A stretch of 60,799 nucleotides of DNA from an uncultured Candidatus Saccharibacteria bacterium (GCA_964457625.1 CAYWES010000001.1:83725-144523), one strand, 5' to 3'. Counted from the stretch's first letter, positions 18,616 to 26,939 are shown. Made by a program: numbers and translations. Notes: generated by a model from the letters alone, not told the origin.

Positions 18616-19968
18616 ATGTCTGAATCCGTATCTCCGATTGTCACACGATTTGCTCCTTCTCCCACGGGGCTTCTTCATGGGGGGAACTATCGCACCGCGG
18701 TATTCTCATACCTTTTCGCACGCGCCCATGGAGGAAAATTCATCCTCCGCATAGAAGACACTGATCGTGAACGCTCCAAAAAAGAATATGAAGAAAATAT
18801 CATTGAGTCTTTGGCGTGGCTCGGCCTTGAATACGACGAATTTCATCGACAAAGCGAATACGTAGAGAGACACACAGAGGCACTTCAAAAACTTATTGAT
18901 AGTGGACACGCATATATCTCCCAAGAAGAAGCAAAAGACGGCTCGGGGGTTATAAAGGATTTGGTGCGCTTCAAAAATCCAAACAAGAAAGTCACATTCC
19001 ACGACACTATTCGTGGTGCTATTGAGACAGACACTACAGACCTCGGTGATTTTGTCATTGCAAAAAATATCCACGAGCCCCTTTTCCATCTTGCCGTTGT
19101 CGTGGATGATGCGCTCATGGGAGTCACGCACATTATTCGCGGGGAAGACCATATTGCAAATACACCTCGTCAGATTCTCCTCTACGAAGCATTGGGGTAC
19201 AATATTCCCACCTACGCGCACTTGCCTCTCGTGGTGGATGAGAAACGCGCAAAGCTCTCAAAGCGTCGAGGTGCGCAACCACTCACATTCTATCGCGGCC
19301 AAGGGTATCTTCCTCAAGCCCTCTTGAACTTTCTCGCACTTATCGGCTGGAATCCCGGCACCGAGCAAGAAGTTTTTTCCAAAGAAGAACTCCTCAGAGC
19401 CTTTACCCTTGAGCGTATTCAAAAAAGCGCAGGATTCTTCAACCCTGAAAAATTAAATTGGTTCAACAAGGAACACATGAAATTGCTTTCTTCCGAAGAA
19501 AAGGAAAAGAGGATTGAGGCATTTATTCCCGAAAATATACGAGCGTTGCCGGGATATTCAAACGACATTCTCAAAAAAGCGCAATCTGTCCTCGTTGACC
19601 ACATAAGTCACTTTGGTGAAATTGCCGAGATGGCAGGGAAGGGGGAACTCACCTATCTCTTTGAAGACCCTGCATACGCGCCCGAAGCGCTCATCTGGAA
19701 GACAAGCGACCAAGCCTCAACGCGTGGGTATTTGGAGCACATCATCAATACACTGTCAGCCATTGAAACGGAGCAGTTTTCTGCGGAAACGGTAAAGGCA
19801 AGTCTCTGGGACTATGCGAGCGAACAGGGGCGTGGCAATGTCCTCTGGCCCATGCGCTATGCACTCTCAGGACGTGAAAAGTCTCCTGATCCCTTTACCC
19901 TTGCCGAAATCCTCGGGAAAGAAGCAACCCTCAGACGCCTACAAACCGCTCACGAAAAAATGTCCTAA
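18616..19968 (+). CDS. gltX: Glutamate--tRNA ligase
   Basis: RFAPSPTG..H.GN (HIGH region) and KLSKR (KMSKS variant). 450 aa. Confidence 0.95.
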   Translation: MSESVSPIVTRFAPSPTGLLHGGNYRTAVFSYLFARAHGGKFILRIEDTDRERSKKEYEENIIESLAWLGLEYDEFHRQSEYVERHTEALQKLIDSGHAYISQEEAKDGSGVIKDLVRFKNPNKKVTFHDTIRGAIETDTTDLGDFVIAKNIHEPLFHLAVVVDDALMGVTHIIRGEDHIANTPRQILLYEALGYNIPTYAHLPLVVDEKRAKLSKRRGAQPLTFYRGQGYLPQALLNFLALIGWNPGTEQEVFSKEELLRAFTLERIQKSAGFFNPEKLNWFNKEHMKLLSSEEKEKRIEAFIPENIRALPGYSNDILKKAQSVLVDHISHFGEIAEMAGKGELTYLFEDPAYAPEALIWKTSDQASTRGYLEHIINTLSAIETEQFSAETVKASLWDYASEQGRGNVLWPMRYALSGREKSPDPFTLAEILGKEATLRRLQTAHEKMS

Positions 19969-19996
19969 TTCTCTATATTCCCAAAAAAGAGCTTTT

Positions 19997-20005
19997 TGGT
20001 ATAAT
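19997..20005 (+). promoter_or_regulatory. Extended -10 box TGgTATAAT, 8 nt upstream of the ATG at 20014
   Basis: Read directly from the sequence. Confidence 0.5.
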
Positions 20006-20013
20006 GGATTCAT

Positions 20014-21297
20014 ATGGTTTCTCAGGTATCTCGATTGCATATCCTCGCAGGGGTTCTCGGTGTTCTTTTTGGGGTCTTTGCGTTCATGCACACGACGAGT
20101 GCGCAGAGCGTGGATGAGCTCCGTCAGAGTATCGCTGAAAAAACGAGCCAGATTCAAGATATTGAAAAGGAGATTGAGCGGTACAAAAACGACCTCGGGA
20201 AAATCGCAACGCTCAAAGCGAATCTCAGTAATCTCATCGCCTCCCTTGAAACAACACAAAAGAAGTTGGACACGGAGATTAGGCTCACGGCAACAAAAGT
20301 AGACAACACCGACTTGAAGATTCGCCAGCTTGATACCGACATCACCTACAAGGAGAACGAAATAGAAAATCTTCGCGCGGCACTTCGCCAGTCAATGCGC
20401 ATTATGTATGAATATGACGAAAAGACTCTCGCCGAAATAGCGCTTTCCGGAGAGAGCTTTTCTGGTATATGGGGTGACCTTGCCGCTATGGCGGAAGTGA
20501 ATGACTCCCTCACAAACAACGTCATTAGGGTCAAAAATGCCCGAGAAGAGCTTCTCATGAAGCAAGGAGAACATAGGGAAGAAAAAGGACAACTCATTGA
20601 TTTGAAGAGCGAGCTTTCCGACAGGATGAAAATCGCCGAAGATAACAAGAAAGAACAAACGGCAATCCTCGCTCAGACAAGAAATCAAGAATCCGCGTAT
20701 ACAAAACTTTTGAACGAACAGCTCGCGCTCAAGGAAGCATTTGAACGAGAAATCCGCGACTACGAGACAACGCTCAAGTTTATCCTTGACCCAAGCTCAA
20801 TCCCGCCTCGTGGGACGAAAGTCTTTTCTTGGCCACTTGATAAGGTCACCATTACTCAGCGCTTTGGAAGGACAAGCGACTCAGGGAGACTCTACGCATC
20901 AGGAACACACAATGGTGTGGACTTTGGCACGCCTGTAGGCACTGCGGTAAAGAGTGTGCTTGCGGGGACGGTGGTCGGCACAGGTGATACCGATCTCGTA
21001 TGTCCAAGAGCATCCTATGGTAAATGGGTGCTTGTCCGCCACAACAACGGCCTCTCTACGCTCTACGCGCACCTTTCGCTCATCAGAGTGTCAGCGGGGG
21101 ATACGGTGCAGACAGGGGAGGTGATTGCCTATAGTGGCAACACCGGCTACAGCACCGGTCCGCACCTCCATCTCACGACCTTTGCCACAAGCGCCGTGAG
21201 TATTGAAAGTCGCCCCAGCGTCGCGTGTGGTGGAAAGACCTATACCATGCCCGTCGCGGCGGTAAACGGATATTTGGACCCGCTGGATTATTTATAA
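20014..21297 (+). CDS. Secreted M23 (LytM-type) peptidoglycan endopeptidase with a long coiled-coil N-terminal region (EnvC-like architecture)
   Basis: Signal/anchor sequence, about 240 aa of heptad-rich coiled coil, then an M23 domain with HNGVDF and GPHLHL motifs. Confidence 0.9.
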   Translation: MVSQVSRLHILAGVLGVLFGVFAFMHTTSAQSVDELRQSIAEKTSQIQDIEKEIERYKNDLGKIATLKANLSNLIASLETTQKKLDTEIRLTATKVDNTDLKIRQLDTDITYKENEIENLRAALRQSMRIMYEYDEKTLAEIALSGESFSGIWGDLAAMAEVNDSLTNNVIRVKNAREELLMKQGEHREEKGQLIDLKSELSDRMKIAEDNKKEQTAILAQTRNQESAYTKLLNEQLALKEAFEREIRDYETTLKFILDPSSIPPRGTKVFSWPLDKVTITQRFGRTSDSGRLYASGTHNGVDFGTPVGTAVKSVLAGTVVGTGDTDLVCPRASYGKWVLVRHNNGLSTLYAHLSLIRVSAGDTVQTGEVIAYSGNTGYSTGPHLHLTTFATSAVSIESRPSVACGGKTYTMPVAAVNGYLDPLDYL

Positions 21298-21321
21298 AAA
21301 ACACAGTACACTAAAGGTATT

Positions 21322-21516
21322 ATGATACGAGTTATTCTTTTCATCATCGGGCTTATCGTCATTTTTAATTTTCTTGGCATCGGGCGCTTTATAGAAGATA
21401 CCCCAATTTTGGGGAGTATTTGGGGAATCTTTCAGACGGCATGGAATATGTACCTCGTTCCTTTGGGACAATTCCTCTGGACGAGCGTTTTAGGGCTTTT
21501 TAGCGTAGGAGAGTAG
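21322..21516 (+). CDS. Small membrane protein (64 aa, 2 predicted TM segments)
   Basis: Hydrophobic ORF between M23 and the next gene. No recognisable family. Confidence 0.5.
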   Translation: MIRVILFIIGLIVIFNFLGIGRFIEDTPILGSIWGIFQTAWNMYLVPLGQFLWTSVLGLFSVGE

Positions 21517-21525
21517 TATAAGTAA

Positions 21526-22593
21526 ATGGCAATCATAATTTCAAACCAAGGCAGAAATGCCGTTAAAATAGATAGATCATCATTCGACAAAGAAGACCAT
21601 CTTCAACGATATATCTACGAAAACCCAGAGAGCATTCCACTCTACGACATCAAGGAAGACATCCGCCTTTTGATACTTGCTCGCGAATTTCCAACCAATA
21701 GCGGTCCCATTGATGCTATCGGAATTGACCAATACGGAGAGTTGTATATCGTAGAGACCAAGCTCTATAAAAATCCAGACAAGCGCACGGTCATTTCCCA
21801 AGCCCTCGACTACGGGGCCGCACTCTGGAAACACTCTAATGATTTCAATGAATTTCTTGGTATCCTCGACGAACATACACAACGAGTTTTCAAACTACGC
21901 ACAACCGACAAGATCAAAGACTTCTTCCATCTTTCCGACGACGAAGTTACTACGACCATAGACAAGGCACGAGCCAACCTAAACAACGGCGTGTTTCATT
22001 TCGTTGTCTTGATGGACAAGCTTGATGATCGCCTTAAGGATCTTATTTTGTACGTGAATCAAAACAGCCAGTTTGATGTATATGCTGTCGAGCTTGAATA
22101 CTACAAACACGATACCTACGAAATCATTATTCCCAAGATTTTCGGTGCAGAAGTGAAAAAAGACATTGCGGTCTCGTCTTCAAGCGGTTCTCGCAGGAAG
22201 TGGACGGAAGAATCTTTGTTTGAAGATGCACGAAATAAACTAACCCAGGACGAGTATCGTGGATTCGAACGCATATATAATTTTTCTAAAGAGTATGCCA
22301 CTGAGATGCGGCTGGGTACTGGTTCATATGGATCTTTCAGTCCGATTTTTGGTAATCTCTCTGACCGCTCACTCTTTACGCTCTCGACCGACAAGCGTCT
22401 CGCGTTCAATTTTGAATGGACTGCTAAGGTAAACGAGTCTTTGGTAGAGGAATACAAGAATAAGCTCGAATCCATCGGCTTCTTGTTTTCTGAAAACTAT
22501 AAGGAATTACGCCCGAGTGTCATGACGGAGGAATGGTTGGCAAAAACCGATGATTTCTTGGGAGTTATCGGGGACCTACTCAAATCCTCTTAG
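21526..22593 (+). CDS. PD-(D/E)XK nuclease-fold protein (NucS/DUF91-like N-terminal module) with about 220 aa of uncharacterised C-terminal extension
   Basis: The N-terminal segment EDHLQRYIYENPESI...GPIDAIGIDQYGELYIVETKLYKNPDKR has the D...(D/E)xK arrangement and the flanking pattern of NucS-type endonuclease domains. Confidence 0.55.
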   Translation: MAIIISNQGRNAVKIDRSSFDKEDHLQRYIYENPESIPLYDIKEDIRLLILAREFPTNSGPIDAIGIDQYGELYIVETKLYKNPDKRTVISQALDYGAALWKHSNDFNEFLGILDEHTQRVFKLRTTDKIKDFFHLSDDEVTTTIDKARANLNNGVFHFVVLMDKLDDRLKDLILYVNQNSQFDVYAVELEYYKHDTYEIIIPKIFGAEVKKDIAVSSSSGSRRKWTEESLFEDARNKLTQDEYRGFERIYNFSKEYATEMRLGTGSYGSFSPIFGNLSDRSLFTLSTDKRLAFNFEWTAKVNESLVEEYKNKLESIGFLFSENYKELRPSVMTEEWLAKTDDFLGVIGDLLKSS

Positions 22594-22630
22594 CAATAAG
22601 AAAAAAGCTCTTAGTTGTTTGTTCTCTATT

Positions 22631-22669
22631 TATATAATGTCGCAAAAGATATATTGTGCGACGTATATA
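22631..22669 (+). promoter_or_regulatory. Imperfect inverted repeat (TATATAATGTCGCA-N10-TGTGCGACGTATATA) containing a TATAAT box
   Basis: GTCGCA/TGCGAC and TATATA arms read directly from the sequence. It lies about 125-160 nt upstream of the small ORF at 22793. Possible promoter/operator, or the 5' end of a long leader. Confidence 0.35.
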
Positions 22670-22792
22670 CATAAACCCGCCCCTGCGTAATATTAGCTTC
22701 CCTTTTGAAACACCATCATGTATACTCTCGGCTAGAGGAGGTTCCTTTTCCCTGTCTCCAAAAAATAAAAACAACTCAAGGAGGTTCTCCAC

Positions 22793-22966
22793 ATGTTCAC
22801 ATCTTCGTTTCTTCAAGGCACGTACGCGTCGTTCGTCCTCTTGGGCTCACTTATTTTGGCCCTTGTTGTAGTTGGGACGTTTTTGTTCCTCGTTTTTGCA
22901 TTCATCATCAGTTTGGGACGATTCGCAATATGGGTCTTCTTAACCAACCCTGACGATGAAAGTTAG
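22793..22966 (+). CDS. Unannotated small hydrophobic protein, 57 aa (MFTSSFLQGTYASFVLLGSLILALVVVGTFLFLVFAFIISLGRFAIWVFLTNPDDES)
   Basis: Translated by hand; it falls below the ORF-track cut-off. It has the strongest SD in the window (AAGGAGG, 22778-22784, 8 nt before the ATG). A hairpin plus T7 terminator follows 20 nt after the stop. Confidence 0.55.
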   Translation: MFTSSFLQGTYASFVLLGSLILALVVVGTFLFLVFAFIISLGRFAIWVFLTNPDDES

Positions 22967-22984
22967 CCTAACCCCCCTACCCAA

Positions 22985-23017
22985 AACCGCACGGCTTCAC
23001 AGCTCGGCGGTTTTTTT
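22985..23017. terminator. Hairpin plus T7 tract between convergent genes (small ORF on plus, ATP-grasp on minus)
   Basis: CCGC..GGCT/AGCT..GCGG imperfect stem followed by TTTTTTT (23011-23017). Confidence 0.55.
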
Positions 23018-23042
23018 ATTTGTCTCGTTTTTGTAAATTAAT

Positions 23043-24068
23043 CTAATTAAGCTTTCTGATATAAACGTCTACTGCCTCAGTAAAAATTTTCTCCAATTTT
23101 GGTTCTTCTTTAACCTTTTCCCAAGTGAACTCCTTTCTACGAAAGAAAAATGATGAATGTTCTACAGCGTATTGCCCAAAGCTTAAGAATTGAAACTCTA
23201 AGAGGAAGTACTCCCCTTCTTTTGTCCCGACATCGATAGAAATAAAGGGGACATTGAAAAACGCAAAAACTTTTTCCGCAAAGTTTAATAAATTTGGCGA
23301 TACATCTTTTGGAAATGATAAAATTCCACTACCGCTTGCTCGGAAATCTCCTGGGCGATTTTTTCTCTCAAGGACATAAAACCTATCACTGTATATAATT
23401 ATTTTATAGTCACAGGAAAGACCTGAGATAAAATTTTGGGTTATAAATTTCTTGCGAAAGTTTGATATTGCTTTAAATCCTCTTCCGTTTAAAGTGCCAC
23501 GAATAAATCTTTTTAAGTTTGTGGTAGAATAACTTTTTGATACCCAACGAGCCATATGAAAAGCTTCTCTTTGGGATAAAGCAAGTCGTATCCCCCTACT
23601 CTTTGACCCAGCTGCTGGCTTTATAACAAGTGGGAGTGAATTTTTATTAAGAGATCTTTGAAACTCGTCAAATGTTCCATATTTTTCTGAAACAAAATTT
23701 TGAATTAAGGAGAGGTTACTAGTATCCCTTAGGATTTCCATAAATACTTTATTGTGATGTGCTCTAAATTTTAAAAAATCCGGTATTAATATAGCACCTT
23801 TAATTTGAAGTCCTAATAAGACATCTTCAATATAGTCTTTATAATAAAGTCCAGGATCCTCTGCGGATTGGTACAGTATAAACGCCTCTGTGTATTTATT
23901 AGAGTAAAAATTTATATCTGAGAATTTTTCAATTTCAACACGATACCCCATCTCTTCGAATAAACTTTTAATACAGGAGGTATCCATACTTCCCGCTACT
24001 TCTTTTGTTGATGAATAGAAGGTGTTTCTGTAATCTACTAAAATGAAAATTTTTTTAAGTATTTTCAT
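23043..24068 (-). CDS. ATP-grasp fold ligase (RimK-like/unassigned subfamily)
   Basis: LPLVIKPAAGSKSRGI (phosphate-binding strand), DFRASGSG, and the Mg/ATP site pattern ISIDVGTKEGEYFLLEFQ. AT-rich codon usage. The start overlaps the NUDIX stop (ATGA). Confidence 0.75.
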   Translation of the reverse strand: MKILKKIFILVDYRNTFYSSTKEVAGSMDTSCIKSLFEEMGYRVEIEKFSDINFYSNKYTEAFILYQSAEDPGLYYKDYIEDVLLGLQIKGAILIPDFLKFRAHHNKVFMEILRDTSNLSLIQNFVSEKYGTFDEFQRSLNKNSLPLVIKPAAGSKSRGIRLALSQREAFHMARWVSKSYSTTNLKRFIRGTLNGRGFKAISNFRKKFITQNFISGLSCDYKIIIYSDRFYVLERKNRPGDFRASGSGILSFPKDVSPNLLNFAEKVFAFFNVPFISIDVGTKEGEYFLLEFQFLSFGQYAVEHSSFFFRRKEFTWEKVKEEPKLEKIFTEAVDVYIRKLN

Positions 24069-24592
24069 TTTTTAAATATTTCTTCAAAAAAAATCTGGTC
24101 CCTGACCGCGTTAAACGCAGTATTGTAAAATTTTACCCTCCCACTTCTAACTTTCTCTACTTGTTCCTTTAGAGTTTTTCTGGCAAAATCCTCTTGAAGC
24201 CAGACAAAGGATAGATTATTTGCGCGCTCATCTTCCGTCCTTAAGTCCTCGCTTGTTTTTTCTCTTGGTTCTGACAAAAAACAAACTGTTTGGTACTCTT
24301 TGGCGTCTCGATTACGAAACTCAAGTATCCTTCCAACCTCTTTTGTAATTTTAGTATTGTAACCCGTTTCCTCTATACACTCTCTTTTTATTTCTTTCTC
24401 TAGGCACTGACTATCAGAGCCCCCACCAGCCAAGAGGTATAATCCATGAATGGAATTCGTTATAAAGCCATATTCTCCATTTTTATTTTTGATAATAGCT
24501 TTCACTGTGGTTCTCTTTTCATAATGATTCGGGGTAGCATATTCTGGCTGAGAAAAGATATCCTTATCATGTAAGACTGCTAAGTAGTTCAT
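24065..24592 (-). CDS. NUDIX hydrolase
   Basis: Complete Nudix box GGGSDSQCLEKEIKRECIEETGY (GX5EX7REUXEEXGU). Confidence 0.9.
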   Translation of the reverse strand: MNYLAVLHDKDIFSQPEYATPNHYEKRTTVKAIIKNKNGEYGFITNSIHGLYLLAGGGSDSQCLEKEIKRECIEETGYNTKITKEVGRILEFRNRDAKEYQTVCFLSEPREKTSEDLRTEDERANNLSFVWLQEDFARKTLKEQVEKVRSGRVKFYNTAFNAVRDQIFFEEIFKK

Positions 24593-24598
24593 ACTTCC

Positions 24599-24607
24599 AT
24601 TTTATCA
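24599..24607 (-). promoter_or_regulatory. Extended -10 box TGaTAAAAT (minus strand), 6 nt upstream of the NUDIX ATG at 24592
   Basis: Read from the reverse complement. Confidence 0.5.
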
Positions 24608-24644
24608 TAAAAATAGGACTCTTCAGAAAAAATTGAAGAGTCCT
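24605..24644 (-). terminator. Intrinsic terminator after the histidine phosphatase gene
   Basis: Perfect 11-bp stem AGGACTCTTCA / TGAAGAGTCCT with an 8-nt loop, followed on the minus strand by ATTTTTAT. Confidence 0.65.
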
Positions 24645-24650
24645 AAAGTT

Positions 24651-25295
24651 TTAGACGATGTCAAAGCTAATTTTGGGCAAAGGTTCTTTTAGTATAAAAT
24701 CCCCAGTACCCAAATGGTTAAGCGTTGCCACATAGCAATTGGGTGGGTTTGCAAGAAGTCTGAATTCTTCATCGCTAATATTTAAAAAAGCTTTGACGAT
24801 AACCCTCAACGCAAACCCATGTGTAAAAATTACAACACATTCCGGGTGTTCTTTAGATAGCCCGTCTTTTTTCAATGTCCTTACAAAAGTCTCAATTTTA
24901 CGTACAAAATCAGGAGTAGAGTCTCCTTGAGGAAATTGAAAATGTAATACACCAACGCGGTACCTTTCCTTCTCTACTTCTTTTATGCTTTTTTCATCTA
25001 CGTTGCCCCAATTTAGGTTCCTAATGCATTGTTCAGTTTTGATGCAAAAATCAACCAAGGGAAACTTCGAACAGAACAATGTCATTGTTTGTTCAGCACG
25101 GTTTGAAGGAGAAGTGATTATCTTTACCTTTTTGTGTTTGGATATCAGTGGAGCTAAAATCCTAACAATCTCCAAAACCTGTCCTTTGCCCATCGTTGTA
25201 ATTGAGATACGTCGATCAGAAACGTAGTTACGTATACCAGGTCTAGTATCTTCGCTCGACTGAGCATGTCTTACAAGAAAGATTTGCTCTAACAC
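24651..25295 (-). CDS. Histidine phosphatase superfamily (PGAM/cofactor-dependent mutase-like branch)
   Basis: RHA motif (LVRHAQS), SPSNRAEQT and a distal THG histidine. GTG start preceded by AGGAGG with a 6-nt spacer. Confidence 0.85.
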   Translation of the reverse strand: MLEQIFLVRHAQSSEDTRPGIRNYVSDRRISITTMGKGQVLEIVRILAPLISKHKKVKIITSPSNRAEQTMTLFCSKFPLVDFCIKTEQCIRNLNWGNVDEKSIKEVEKERYRVGVLHFQFPQGDSTPDFVRKIETFVRTLKKDGLSKEHPECVVIFTHGFALRVIVKAFLNISDEEFRLLANPPNCYVATLNHLGTGDFILKEPLPKISFDIV

Positions 25296-25334
25296 AGTAC
25301 ACCTCCTATTTTGAGTATAAAAGAACTACTTAAA

Positions 25335-25362
25335 ATTTTATAAAAAAGAATACAAACGTCAA
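25335..25362 (-). promoter_or_regulatory. Sigma70-type promoter TTGACG-N16-TAAAAT (minus strand) for the histidine phosphatase gene
   Basis: Read from the reverse complement. The -35 box abuts the epimerase stop codon. Confidence 0.5.
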
Positions 25363-26262
25363 CTATGTTTTTTTATCAAGTTTAGTTGACTTAATTATTT
25401 TTCTAATTCCAAGAGACCATGGCGTTTGCGCTCTCCACCCTAATAATTTTTTTGCCTTGGAAACACTTATTTTTTCGTGCAATATTTGGTTCCTTCTTTG
25501 CCCTACATGAATAATTTTACTTTTTGATTTTATAATTTTTTTAATATCTTTCGCCATAGTTAGCGCTGATATATTTTCAGAAGTAGAGAGATTGATTGTT
25601 TGGTTAACTACTCTATTTTTGTTTTTCAAAACCTTAACACATGCATCAATAAGATCCTCAACGTAAGTTAGTGTTCTTGTTTGCTTGCCACTCCCATGGA
25701 CCGTTATATCTTCATCTCTTCGAGCTTGATCTATAAAAATTTGAACCCCCAAAGCGGATCTCATCCCTACTCCATATGTTGTTGGAAATCTTAATATGGT
25801 GTATTCAAGGTCAAATGATTTGTTAAATCCTTTTATTATGGATTCAGCTGCGTACTTAGAGTATGCATACATCTCAGATGGGTTCGGTAAGATAGTATCT
25901 TCAATCCCAGACTTTTTAATATTTCCATAAACACATAATGTAGAAGCAAAGATTAACCACTTCTGATATTTGGAACAAATAAGTGCAATATTTTGAGTAG
26001 CTACAATATTTATATTTAATCCAATTTTTACTTTATCAAGGTTCTTAACCATCTCATTTAAATCAGCTTGTGCTGCGATGTGGTAAACAATATCTACTTT
26101 TTTTATAGCACGTTCGACTTTATCAAAATCTAGCAAGTCGTCACCGTCTATGAGATCAAAGCCATAAACTTCATAACCTAGCCCAACTAGCTTTCTGTAA
26201 AGATGGCGACCAATGAATCCACGATGTCCGGTTATCAATACTTTTGGTTTGGTAGTCTTCAT
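25363..26262 (-). CDS. NAD-dependent epimerase/dehydratase (extended SDR, nucleotide-sugar type)
   Basis: Rossmann motif ITGHRGFIGRHL and catalytic YAYSK (YxxxK). 299 aa. Confidence 0.85.
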   Translation of the reverse strand: MKTTKPKVLITGHRGFIGRHLYRKLVGLGYEVYGFDLIDGDDLLDFDKVERAIKKVDIVYHIAAQADLNEMVKNLDKVKIGLNINIVATQNIALICSKYQKWLIFASTLCVYGNIKKSGIEDTILPNPSEMYAYSKYAAESIIKGFNKSFDLEYTILRFPTTYGVGMRSALGVQIFIDQARRDEDITVHGSGKQTRTLTYVEDLIDACVKVLKNKNRVVNQTINLSTSENISALTMAKDIKKIIKSKSKIIHVGQRRNQILHEKISVSKAKKLLGWRAQTPWSLGIRKIIKSTKLDKKT

Positions 26263-26282
26263 GTTTTTCTGATTTAATATAT

Positions 26283-26939
26283 CTATTTTCTTACATTTTT
26301 AGTCTTCCCGTGGAACTTTTTGAGTGGACAATGCGCGTGATCGTGCCGAGTTGCTTTGCAGTAGGTCCTGCCGTATTCAATGAAAAGATACGTTGCCTTG
26401 AACCAATCTTCTTGCGGAATGATTGCCATGAGGTCTCGTTCAATATGTATCGGATTCTCTGATTTGGTCAGCCCAAATACCCTTGCCAAGCGCTTCACAT
26501 GGGTATCCACCGCTACGCCTTCCACTACCCCATATGCATTCCCGAGGACTACATTTCCTGTCTTGCGTGCTACACCAGGTATTAGGAGTATTTCTTTCAT
26601 CGTTCGAGGGATTTCTCCGCCGTATACTTCCTTTACCATTTTTGCTGCCGCGAGGATGTTTTTTGTTTTTGCGCGATAGAACCCCGTCTGAAAGATATCT
26701 TTCTCAAACTCCCGCGGATTGGCATGCACATAGTCATCAAGCGTTCTGTATTTTTTGAAAAGCTTTTCGGTCACCTCGTTTACCTTCTTGTCGGTGCATT
26801 GCGCTGAAAGCTCCACAGCGACAAGGAGCTCCCAATTGTTTGAATACTTGAGAATCATCCCCGCAGTTGGAAAGAGCTTTCTCAATTCAGAGAGAATCGC
26901 CCCAGCTTTTTCTTGGAGTTGTTTATTCTTTGATGGCAT
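26283..26939 (-). CDS. nth: Endonuclease III-like HhH-GPD DNA glycosylase/lyase, without the canonical 4-Cys Fe-S motif
   Basis: HhH motif LLIPGVARKTGNVV with the catalytic Lys, and Asp in VDTHVKRL. The C-terminus has only CKATRHDHAHC. I prefer the start at 26939 (MPSKNKQ); the ORF track extends to 26993. Confidence 0.85.
   Translation of the reverse strand: MPSKNKQLQEKAGAILSELRKLFPTAGMILKYSNNWELLVAVELSAQCTDKKVNEVTEKLFKKYRTLDDYVHANPREFEKDIFQTGFYRAKTKNILAAAKMVKEVYGGEIPRTMKEILLIPGVARKTGNVVLGNAYGVVEGVAVDTHVKRLARVFGLTKSENPIHIERDLMAIIPQEDWFKATYLFIEYGRTYCKATRHDHAHCPLKKFHGKTKNVRK

Noticed and set aside
22656-22953. ORF-track entries 22656-22871 (+) and 22705-22953 (+) in the gap after the PD-(D/E)XK gene.
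   Set aside because: Neither has an SD or a -10 box at the right distance, and their translations are Arg/Ser/Pro/His-rich with no hydrophobic core. The third frame contains a 57-aa ORF with a perfect SD and a terminator, which explains the region better.
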